This document shows positions 45,350-53,314 of a DNA stretch of 64,000 bases, piece after piece (the first letter of the stretch is position 1; the number at the start of each line of letters is the position of its first letter). The translations under genes were made by a program, and so were the position numbers. The stretch is taken from assembly GCA_905182715.1 (NCBI GenBank), contig CAJJCP010000003.1, forward strand, positions 67,580-131,579, read 5' to 3'. A model generated the notes under the pieces. It saw nothing but the letters and a program-made list of their open reading frames with translations. It was not told the DNA's origin and did not search any database. Origin of the DNA: an uncultured Candidatus Poseidoniales archaeon. GTDB taxonomy: Archaea > Thermoplasmatota > Poseidoniia > Poseidoniales > Poseidoniaceae.

Positions 45350-47975
45350 TATTGACCAAGATGCCGACGGAATGCCCGATTGGTGGGACCAAGACGAAGG
45401 TAACGACGGAATGCTCGATACCGATGACCTCAAGATGGGTGGGACCTTCAATATGTCTCAATGCGGTTGGTCTGCAGGAAATCTTGGTGGAGGCTTTGTT
45501 TGTGGATACAGCTATGCAATTTCTTACCACATGCCACTCAATGGAGTAAACGCTCAATTCGGCTCTCCATATTCTACTCGACCTGATGCCTTCATCGACC
45601 AAGGTGCTACACCTGGTGGCCCAAGCGGCAACTGGAGCTGCACCCCCGGTGCACAAGGCGGCTGTTATCACTATGATTTCGGCGGAGACGGTACAGTCGA
45701 ATCAGGTATTACTCACTTCCAAATGGTCAACAACCGAGATGCTTTCGTAACTTGGATTGGATTGGCAGTAGGAATTTGGCAATGGACTTCCGACAACGGA
45801 ATAGTTGCTGACTTCCCTGACGAACTCGGTGCAGATTTGATCAAAAACACAGTTGACGGCGACATTGATGGCGATTTCACGAATGCAACGATTGACCTCG
45901 ATGACGATTATGACTCGGTGTATGATTGGTATGACGTTGACGATGATAATGACGGCATATGGGATTTCTTCGAAATAGATGTCGATGATGACCTCGATAA
46001 CGATGCGAATCAAGAGAACTCCAATTTCTTCAGTGGAACAAATTGCGCTGATAACGATGACGACGGAAACGACGCAGATGTCGATGACGACGGCTATTTC
46101 CAAGCAGTTTGGGACCGAGGAATTCTTTCACAAGGTTTGATTCAACCAACACTCTATGACGTTGACAACGATAACGATGCCGTTCCTGACGCAGAAGACC
46201 CTGATGACGATAACAATGGGATCCTAGATTCTGTCCAAGAGGCACTACCAAATTGTTTCTGGGGCGAAGAACAATCTCCGTTTGACCATGATAACGATGG
46301 AATCGTAGATTGGGCGGATGACGATTGGGATGCAGATGGAATTTCCAACGACGTTGAATTGGCAATCAGCCTCGTTGCTGCTTTCGACCATGATAACGAC
46401 GGACAACGTGACGATATTGATACCGATGATGACCAAGATGGAATGCTTGATGATGATGAAGTCATACTCTGGCCTACACGCTTCAACCGAAACTCAACAA
46501 ATCCTTGGGACCACGATGACTTCGGAGATGGAGAAGGACTTGCAAACCCATTGGATGCAGGTACTGGCCCAGATGCAATCGACAATGATGACGACAACGA
46601 TACGCTTGTTGACGCCGATTTCGACCATCTTGAAGAAGGCGAAACTGGATTCCCTTGCTACAATGGAGGCGAATCAAGCGATTGGGACCATGACAACAAC
46701 TGTGTGCTTGATGAAGATGACAAAGCACCAACATACATCACGCTCAATTTACCTGATACTTTGTGGCTTGATGCACAATCCCCATCCATCTTCAGTGGGC
46801 ACGTCGATTGGGTAAATCCAGTCACTGGTGCCTTTGAGCCTGCAGTTGGCCTTCCAGTCCAAGTCCATATTGAATGGGCTGACAATGGAACACTCGCAGT
46901 TGAGACCATCAACGTCTTGACCTCTGTAGTTGGTAACTTCACAGTTGGCCAATTCCTCTACCCTGAAGATTTGACAGTGGGCGACAACACAACCTACAGA
47001 GTCTATGCAATTGTGACTGAAATGTTTGCATTCAACGGCAACGAATCTCAATCCTATTATTTGGGCGCTGAAGCAAACCTCACAGCTGACATTTACTTGG
47101 ATAGTTATTTCCGAAGCGATGAACAACCATTCTGGATCGACATGTGGTCGTATTATACCGCTGATTTACAACGTGGTATCTTCGACAACTTAGTTCCAAG
47201 TGTGCCATTCACTTTCTCCGTTCGCGGAGGAATCTTTGGCAACTACACTCACCCGACGAACTTTACTGGACTTGGTGGAAACGGTTACCGAGCAGGAAGT
47301 AATGGATTTGTTTCTGTCACATTCGTTCAAGATATCGGCATCAATGGTTTATGGAAACAAATTCAATGGAACTCAACTCGAGATAATGGAGTTGGCCAAG
47401 TTCCTGGTGGATATGAAGAAGTTGCCTGGGATGAACAATCCAAAGAACTCAAACCACTTCTTGACGGAACCGGTGCGATTATTTCGTATGATTACACCAA
47501 TACGAGCCTCCCCGCCGGCGATTACGAAGTGACGACGAGCGTGCAACCAGACCTTGCGCCTGAGTGGCCATTCCCTTACCTCCATGGCGACAGTACCGAG
47601 CCTCAAGCAATCCGTGTCATGCATCGCATGAACATCGAAGCGCAAATGATTGTCGAGGGTACAAATCCAGTTTTCTGGTATAATTCCTCAATCAACAATG
47701 GCGACGGTACCTTCGGTAACTGGGCAACGTTATTCCATTCCGAAGCACTGAATGGTGCAGGTTTGAATTTCGATGATTACAAGAAGGCACACGTGCAAGC
47801 AAAGAATTGGGATGGAAACGCACTCAGCCTTACTGGACCAGAAACTCAATTGCGCAACTTCGTCTCAACGAATTCAACACATTGGTTCATCACTTTGGTG
47901 AACGGTGGAGACGGTGACTTACCACCTTGTGGCGCAGTCGACCCAGACAGACCCAGACAGTTTGGTCCGGTGTGA
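44841..47975 (+). CDS. Giant surface protein, fragment 2 of 3
   Basis: 1044 aa as tracked. The first ~130 codons (Thr/Met/Ile-rich) are the off-frame reading of fragment 1. Believable sequence starts near 45240 (GTVPEYYWFLFARWSPYNGGNDWDIDTDGD). TSP3-like loops give way to beta-rich modules. Confidence 0.75.
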   Translation: MTSIGTVILTTMATFTLSTAHSIGTTDQTQLTQTSMETVLKTTSIGMMTTTVFLITTIQMTEIAVLLIMTQTIILQTHTTLLQTVAHSMVAKTAHLTQTTQPTTGISSFGTILSPTLFLTTTAMMHTTTPVTPGTVPEYYWFLFARWSPYNGGNDWDIDTDGDSLSNGLDIDQDADGMPDWWDQDEGNDGMLDTDDLKMGGTFNMSQCGWSAGNLGGGFVCGYSYAISYHMPLNGVNAQFGSPYSTRPDAFIDQGATPGGPSGNWSCTPGAQGGCYHYDFGGDGTVESGITHFQMVNNRDAFVTWIGLAVGIWQWTSDNGIVADFPDELGADLIKNTVDGDIDGDFTNATIDLDDDYDSVYDWYDVDDDNDGIWDFFEIDVDDDLDNDANQENSNFFSGTNCADNDDDGNDADVDDDGYFQAVWDRGILSQGLIQPTLYDVDNDNDAVPDAEDPDDDNNGILDSVQEALPNCFWGEEQSPFDHDNDGIVDWADDDWDADGISNDVELAISLVAAFDHDNDGQRDDIDTDDDQDGMLDDDEVILWPTRFNRNSTNPWDHDDFGDGEGLANPLDAGTGPDAIDNDDDNDTLVDADFDHLEEGETGFPCYNGGESSDWDHDNNCVLDEDDKAPTYITLNLPDTLWLDAQSPSIFSGHVDWVNPVTGAFEPAVGLPVQVHIEWADNGTLAVETINVLTSVVGNFTVGQFLYPEDLTVGDNTTYRVYAIVTEMFAFNGNESQSYYLGAEANLTADIYLDSYFRSDEQPFWIDMWSYYTADLQRGIFDNLVPSVPFTFSVRGGIFGNYTHPTNFTGLGGNGYRAGSNGFVSVTFVQDIGINGLWKQIQWNSTRDNGVGQVPGGYEEVAWDEQSKELKPLLDGTGAIISYDYTNTSLPAGDYEVTTSVQPDLAPEWPFPYLHGDSTEPQAIRVMHRMNIEAQMIVEGTNPVFWYNSSINNGDGTFGNWATLFHSEALNGAGLNFDDYKKAHVQAKNWDGNALSLTGPETQLRNFVSTNSTHWFITLVNGGDGDLPPCGAVDPDRPRQFGPV

Positions 47976-50900
47976 AATCGTTCCTCAAATGAACACAGGT
48001 GACGCACTATGGGTTACAGGTTCAGTGACCAACCGAACAAATGTTCCTTGGGATGCAGACCCGATCGCACTTCAAGTTGACATCGACGGCAATGGTCAAT
48101 TCCTCGGCCAGCAAGAAACAGCCTACACGCAACGCCCGACAAAGGCCTGCCCAACATGTGCTGCTGAGTTTGAATACAACTGGTCTTGGTACAGCCAATA
48201 CGGTTCTGGAACCTATGGAATGCGTGTTGATTTCACCAATTCAGCGTATTACTTCACAGGTAACAGCTCCTCTCTTGCTGCAACAGGTGCTTACATCAAC
48301 GTCACAGTAGTTGGAACAACTGACTTCCAAACCACTTCAGTGCCTCGTTTGTATCGAAACACAAGTACAACGATTCAAGCGAAACTGGTTGACAACTCTC
48401 TCCAACCCGTTCGTAACGTACCAGTGAACTATACCTGGTCTGCGGATGGCCGTTCTGGGGTTAATTATACCGATGATAATGGCTTCTTCGAGATACCATT
48501 CAATATCTCTGCTGCCGATTCGTTAGGTGATTTCAGTTTACAATTCGAATTTGCAGGAACCCCATTGCTCAAGGGCAACACCATGGTTCAGCAGGTTTGG
48601 GTTGTTTCACGAACTTACATTTCCATTGTATCGACCGATCCCAATTTCCGTCAATCTGGAGATTTATGGTCCTTCACTGGACAAGTCACTGACGATAATA
48701 CGACGCAGGTACGTGATGCCGGAGGCGCTTCCTTAGATGGCGCATCCGCACCAAACGGCGGATTAGTCGATGTTATTTTCGAAGGAGTGGACTTCAATGG
48801 CGTTACACATCGCCAAATTGTTGCCACAGTTCGACCATCAGCAGGTTCAATCACGCTGCCAGATGTCCAACCCGATAAAGCTCACATGTGCTATTATGAC
48901 GGAAACGGAGACGGCATTTTGGACCGAGATATTAACCAAGATGGAATTCTTGACCGCTTCGAAGCCAGTGGAATGTTCAACGGACAGGCTGGATGTCTCC
49001 AAGCCGATATTGCCCCATTGAACGCTACTGCTCTGAAAGAAGACCCTGCGTCTTTCCTCCCAGACGGATTCGGGCCAGTGAATGTTATTCTACGGTTTGA
49101 AGAAACTTTACCAAACGAAGGTTGTGCACAACTTGAACCAGCCGCTCTGAGCATTCAAGGCGCGTGGGATTCTTGTCTTGGTGTGTCTGGAAACGACCAC
49201 TTCAGATTGAAGATGACCAACAATGCAAACGGATTCTCCTTTATTGGCCGAACCGCATTATCAGTTGATGATCAAATCGTCTACACGAGTGAAGTAAGTC
49301 CAATCACTGGCGAAGTTATTCCAAAGCCAATGATTGTTACAGGACAATTACAAGACGAGTTGGGTACGAATTTGACCAACCGTAAGATTCGTGTCAACTA
49401 CGAGATGGTGAACAGCCAATCAAGTCCAACATCATGTAATTCGGGAATGACTGACCTCGACGGATACTTCTCGATCGAATGTCCACTTTCTGATGTTTCT
49501 GCTGGAAAGGCAAAGGTCATCGTCACTTATTCGTCTTACGATAACAACGATGCTTACCGATACCAAAACGATACGTATGAAACCGAATTCGATGTCTTTT
49601 CGAACTCGACACTCGCTTTGAACGAAGTTGGACCATTCAAGTCCAGCGTCGAAACATGGACTGCACCAAACACGACTGAATACCCGGTGCTTTACCTCAA
49701 AGAATCGTTCCACGTCGATGCAAAACTGATGCAATCCAACGGCCAATATGTTGGTGGAAAGTGCTTGAATATCTATCTTGACCCTGAACAAAACATCCGC
49801 CCAATTTCAACCATCCGCACCAGCGAAATCGATGGAACAGTTGAGTGGTTCAGTGGCGACCCAAGTCAAAACCCAACGCTACGAGGGGTCGAAACAACCG
49901 GCGGTAAATTGGAAGGTTTCCGTACACTGCGTGTTGCCTTTGAACCCGACCTCAATGTCCCAGGTGGTTGCGATAAGGATTCATCGAATGTCTTGAATGG
50001 CTCGCACATCGATCAACTTGTTTTGGTACGCTCTCGAATTGACTTGCAAGTGAAGCAAACATGGAGCCACACAGGCGATAATGGATTGGACAATGATGAC
50101 GCAGTCATTGGTTCGATTGCTCTCTTGCGTGACCGACTCGATCTTGCTGTAGAAAACGAAGAAATCTGGTTTGTCCGCCAATATTGGTCTGATGAACTCA
50201 GTGAATGGATTGTTGAAGGAACGAATAAATCGCGAACGAACGAGCAAGGTATTGCCGACTTCGAATGGGCCTTTGGTGGTCAAACATGTGACGGTGTCCC
50301 ATGTTCAGGCCAATGGAGAATCATTGCGTATTACCCTGGTTCAACGTACTTCGAAGAATCTTTAGACAATGTAACGCATGAAGTTACTTGGATGAAGGCT
50401 AATCCGATTCAAGCTGATGCAGGGTTCTTCACTCCAGCCAAGACCATGTCGTTCGTACTGGTTGCAATGGCATTACTCATTGCTGGAGCGATTTACTATC
50501 AACGAGCCCAAGCCCGACGTCAAGTCCAAGCACTCAAGGGTATTTTGACCGACACGATGATGCAACTTGAAGCCAGTAACGAATACATTGCAGCAATTTT
50601 CGAATGCTACAAGAATTTGGTCAAGCACTTCAAACGCTATGGCTTTATGAAGAAGGTTTACGAAACCACTCGTGAATTCGAATCAGCTGTTCGTACTGCA
50701 TTCAACATGGTTCCTTCTGACCAACTTGACCTCTTCCTCTCAGTATTCGAAGAAGCACGTTATTCAGATCACAACATCGATGAAAGCCACCGTGACAAGG
50801 CATTGACTACCTTGGATGCGATTGCTCGTTCACTCACCGTTGCCCTCGGCGAAGGTGGCATGGTTGAACGCAAGGAGTTGGTTAATCTGTATGACAAGCA

Positions 50901-50988
50901 AACAAAGGCTGGCGAATTCGTTGCAGCTGATGGCTCAGTTCGTCAAGCAGGAATCGTTGAAGGCGAAGGCACAGATTTCAAACTTTGA
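47905..50988 (+). CDS. Giant surface protein, fragment 3 of 3 (Ig/prealbumin-like modules, TM anchor, DUF4129-like cytoplasmic tail)
   Basis: 1027-aa ORF with no signal peptide of its own. Repeated modules have the form V.Y.....G..TD..G.F.I. TM helix is MSFVLVAMALLIAGAIYY. The tail (YETTREFESAV...LSVFEEARYSDHNIDE) matches the DUF4129 T.rE...aRY pattern as I remember it. Confidence 0.8.
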   Translation: METVTYHLVAQSTQTDPDSLVRCEIVPQMNTGDALWVTGSVTNRTNVPWDADPIALQVDIDGNGQFLGQQETAYTQRPTKACPTCAAEFEYNWSWYSQYGSGTYGMRVDFTNSAYYFTGNSSSLAATGAYINVTVVGTTDFQTTSVPRLYRNTSTTIQAKLVDNSLQPVRNVPVNYTWSADGRSGVNYTDDNGFFEIPFNISAADSLGDFSLQFEFAGTPLLKGNTMVQQVWVVSRTYISIVSTDPNFRQSGDLWSFTGQVTDDNTTQVRDAGGASLDGASAPNGGLVDVIFEGVDFNGVTHRQIVATVRPSAGSITLPDVQPDKAHMCYYDGNGDGILDRDINQDGILDRFEASGMFNGQAGCLQADIAPLNATALKEDPASFLPDGFGPVNVILRFEETLPNEGCAQLEPAALSIQGAWDSCLGVSGNDHFRLKMTNNANGFSFIGRTALSVDDQIVYTSEVSPITGEVIPKPMIVTGQLQDELGTNLTNRKIRVNYEMVNSQSSPTSCNSGMTDLDGYFSIECPLSDVSAGKAKVIVTYSSYDNNDAYRYQNDTYETEFDVFSNSTLALNEVGPFKSSVETWTAPNTTEYPVLYLKESFHVDAKLMQSNGQYVGGKCLNIYLDPEQNIRPISTIRTSEIDGTVEWFSGDPSQNPTLRGVETTGGKLEGFRTLRVAFEPDLNVPGGCDKDSSNVLNGSHIDQLVLVRSRIDLQVKQTWSHTGDNGLDNDDAVIGSIALLRDRLDLAVENEEIWFVRQYWSDELSEWIVEGTNKSRTNEQGIADFEWAFGGQTCDGVPCSGQWRIIAYYPGSTYFEESLDNVTHEVTWMKANPIQADAGFFTPAKTMSFVLVAMALLIAGAIYYQRAQARRQVQALKGILTDTMMQLEASNEYIAAIFECYKNLVKHFKRYGFMKKVYETTREFESAVRTAFNMVPSDQLDLFLSVFEEARYSDHNIDESHRDKALTTLDAIARSLTVALGEGGMVERKELVNLYDKQTKAGEFVAADGSVRQAGIVEGEGTDFKL
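47941..47960. repeat. Perfect 10-bp tandem duplication acccagacag/acccagacag
   Basis: Read directly at 47941-47950 and 47951-47960. It sits exactly at the frame change between ORF 44841-47975 and ORF 47905-50988. Confidence 0.95.
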
Positions 50989-51049
50989 AATTCCTGAACC
51001 ATACCGATTCGCCTTAACCTTCAAGGAGCGAGTGTGCTGTGGCTTGTCC

Positions 51050-51493
51050 ATGGAAGACTGGAAGCAACTCATCGGCGAAGCAATGCAAATTGAGACTACA
51101 GATACAATTGCAGCATTCAAGATTTACGAACGTGCAGTTTTTGCTGGCCTCACAACGGCTCAGAATTTACTGGATGATGCGGAAGCAGCCCTCATCATTG
51201 AAGCCATCTATGGCGTTTTAGTCGCCTATTCGCAAACTGTTATGCTTCGTATGAAAGCTGAAGATCCAGAAATTGGCGGCGTCGACCATGCATTCCGTGC
51301 AGGTCAAGCCTATGGCGTATCATGCGTCCTCAACCATCTCATCGACAAACTCACAGACATCACAGGCGGAACCGAATTGGGTGCACTTGACGATTTCTCC
51401 GATACACTCCATGACGAGATTATCATCCAAGGTCGCGCCGCAGGACTCACCGTTGAATTGCTCGATGCAAAGGGCGAGATTCTCTACGAGTGA
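51050..51493 (+). CDS. Hypothetical cytoplasmic helical protein
   Basis: I prefer in-frame ATG 51050 (MEDWKQLIGEAM) of ORF 50816-51493, because the upstream part overlaps the giant gene's 3' end. No family recognised. Confidence 0.5.
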   Translation: MEDWKQLIGEAMQIETTDTIAAFKIYERAVFAGLTTAQNLLDDAEAALIIEAIYGVLVAYSQTVMLRMKAEDPEIGGVDHAFRAGQAYGVSCVLNHLIDKLTDITGGTELGALDDFSDTLHDEIIIQGRAAGLTVELLDAKGEILYE

Positions 51494-51644
51494 ACTTTTT
51501 CCGAAGATTTATGGCGACCGCCAGAAACTGTCCCCGAATCAAGAGTTTCGGTGCACTGCGACGCGAATGACACGGCGCCCGCGTCGGTGCATTGATAATG
51601 GGATGGCCGGTCGGCGAATTGCTTCAAAGCATCGAGGGAGTCAA

Positions 51645-52010
51645 ATGAGTAATCCGATACGTAAGACAAACGCAAGATTGGTTGATGTAATCAGCCAGTT
51701 GAAAGCCCAGTCTCGCGACACCGGTGCCGCTGTTTGGCGAGATGTGGCCATGCGACTCTCCAAGAGTCGCAAGAATTGGGCACAGCCGAACTTGAGCCGC
51801 GTGAGTCGCTACGCCCCAGAGGGTGCAACCATCCTCGTACCAGGCAAGCTACTCGGCTCAGGTGAACTGTCCGCAAACCACACGATCGCCGCCTACAGTG
51901 TCAGCAATGGTGCACGTGAGAAAATAGAAGCCGCCGGTGGTCGAGTTATGACCTACGGCGAGCTGATGAACGAAAATCCATCTGGAACGGGGGTTGTTAT
52001 CCTTGGATGA
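51645..52010 (+). CDS. rpl18e: 50S ribosomal protein L18e
   Basis: Internal ATG 51645 of ORF 51273-52010 gives MSNPIRKTNARLVDVI...AVWRDVA...VPGKLLGSGEL, a typical ~120-aa L18e. It is preceded by gagggag. Confidence 0.9.
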   Translation: MSNPIRKTNARLVDVISQLKAQSRDTGAAVWRDVAMRLSKSRKNWAQPNLSRVSRYAPEGATILVPGKLLGSGELSANHTIAAYSVSNGAREKIEAAGGRVMTYGELMNENPSGTGVVILG

Positions 52011-52488
52011 AACAACCTATGTTTTTGACGCGAAAGAACTGATTCTCGGTCGTCTCGCTTCAGCAACAGCAGATATTCTGCTTAAAGCAGCCCGTGACCA
52101 CCGTGATGACAAAGTGATTATTATCAACTCAGAGCATGCAATTGTCTCTGGTCGTCCACGCTCAGTTCTCAACACCTATCACGCCAAGTATAAGTTGAAT
52201 CACGCCCGTAAGGGTCCGTTTTTCCCACGTATGCCTGACATGATTCTCAAGAGAGCAGTCCGCGGAATGTTGCCTTACCAAAAGATCAGCAGTGGTCGCC
52301 GAGCACTCCGCAATTTGCGTGTTGAAATCGGTTGTCCTGCCCATTTGTCTGGTGACCTTCCCGAAGGCCACGTTCATGGCGATACCACGAAATTCCGCAA
52401 AGATCTTCCAGAGCGATTCATCACTCTTGGAGATATCAGCGCCGACCTCGGCGCACCATCCCACCGTTGGACCGGAGGTGAGCAATGA
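51994..52488 (+). CDS. rpl13: 50S ribosomal protein L13
   Basis: 164-aa ORF with a TTG start. LILGRLAS, RKGPFFPRMPDMILKRAVRGMLP and ALRNLRV are archaeal L13 blocks. Confidence 0.9.
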   Translation: MLSLDETTYVFDAKELILGRLASATADILLKAARDHRDDKVIIINSEHAIVSGRPRSVLNTYHAKYKLNHARKGPFFPRMPDMILKRAVRGMLPYQKISSGRRALRNLRVEIGCPAHLSGDLPEGHVHGDTTKFRKDLPERFITLGDISADLGAPSHRWTGGEQ

Positions 52489-52922
52489 TGGCTCGTAAAA
52501 AGCAAAAGTCAGTACAATCCTCTGGTAAGCGTAAGACTGCAGTTGCCCGTGCTTCACTTAAAGCAGGTAAAGGCAGAGTTCGTGTTAACAGTTCACCAAT
52601 CGAAATTCTACAACCGTCTCTTGCACGCCGCAAGTCAATGGAACCATTGATTATTGCAGACGCAATGAACCGATTGAGCAAGGTTGACATTAGCATCACC
52701 ACTCTTGGTGGAGGAATAATGGGTCAAACTGACGCTATTCGAACCGCAATCGCTCGTGGCCTTGTTCTTTACAACGGTGGCGCAGAAGGTATCGATGAAG
52801 AACTTCGAGAAGAATACCTTCGTTTCGACCGTAGCCTTTTGGTTAACGATCCACGACGCAAGGAAGCCAAGCACCAACTTGGACGTGGTGCTCGTCGCAA
52901 GAAGCAAAAGTCCTATCGATGA
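52485..52922 (+). CDS. rps9: 30S ribosomal protein S9
   Basis: 145-aa ORF with GKRKTAVARA, GGGIMGQTDAIR.AIARGL and the C-terminal ...RRKKQKSYR. Confidence 0.95.
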   Translation: MMARKKQKSVQSSGKRKTAVARASLKAGKGRVRVNSSPIEILQPSLARRKSMEPLIIADAMNRLSKVDISITTLGGGIMGQTDAIRTAIARGLVLYNGGAEGIDEELREEYLRFDRSLLVNDPRRKEAKHQLGRGARRKKQKSYR

Positions 52923-52928
52923 GGTGAG

Positions 52929-53135
52929 ATGATGATTATACCAATACGATGTTTTAGTTGCGGGGGCGTTATTGCCCATAAGTGGGAAGAATTCAGTGAA
53001 TTGACAGCAGCAGGTGTCGAAATGGCAGATGCTCTCGACAAAGTCGGTCTAATGCGCTACTGTTGCCGCCGTATGTATGTCGGTCACATTGACCTCATCT
53101 ACGAAATCGCTCCTTTCAGCACTTCTATTCAGTGA
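52929..53135 (+). CDS. rpoN: DNA-directed RNA polymerase subunit N (Rpb10 homolog)
   Basis: 68-aa ORF. MIIPIRCFSCG...RYCCRRM is the Rpb10/RpoN zinc-bundle signature. Confidence 0.9.
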   Translation: MMIIPIRCFSCGGVIAHKWEEFSELTAAGVEMADALDKVGLMRYCCRRMYVGHIDLIYEIAPFSTSIQ

Positions 53136-53148
53136 GACGTACCAACCA

Positions 53149-53223
53149 GGGCCCGTGGGTTAGCTTGGCCTATACTTGGCGGCTGGGGGCCGTCAGACCC
53201 CAGTTCAAATCTGGGCGGGCCCA
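53149..53223 (+). tRNA. tRNA-Pro (anticodon GGG)
   Basis: Hand fold. Acceptor is GGGCCCG/CGGGCCC. The D arm has a GG loop. Anticodon stem is GGCGG/CCGTC with loop CUGGGGG. T arm is CCCAG-UUCAAAU-CUGGG and the discriminator is A. It starts 14 nt after the rpoN stop. Confidence 0.9.
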
Positions 53224-53314
53224 CTTGCACCATTGTAAATTAAATGCTATCAAAACCCATTTTTCACAGACCGGTAACCTTTGGTTTGATATGGGGCTTT
53301 GAAAAGTAGGTATC

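Larger units (their letters stand above)
43100..50988 (+). pseudogene. One giant (~2,600-codon) surface-protein gene, interrupted as assembled by two frame breaks (~45240 and 47941-47960)
   Basis: Three head-to-tail ORFs in frames 2, 0 and 1. Their believable coding portions abut exactly. Only the first has an N-terminal signal anchor and only the last has the TM anchor and cytoplasmic tail. See the findings. Confidence 0.65.

Noticed and set aside
43460-47126. Nested ORFs within the giant gene (e.g. 43460-44017 -, 43482-44000 +, 45702-46103 -, 46154-46597 -, 46318-46815 +)
   Set aside because: They are Val/Ile/Thr/Ser-rich off-frame translations of Asp/Asn codon repeats, with no independent support.
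50816-51049. Upstream part of ORF 50816-51493, and the long ORF 51273-52010 upstream of L18e
   Set aside because: The first overlaps the in-frame 3' end of the giant gene. The second is an out-of-context extension, because canonical L18e begins at ATG 51645 behind a purine-rich stretch.
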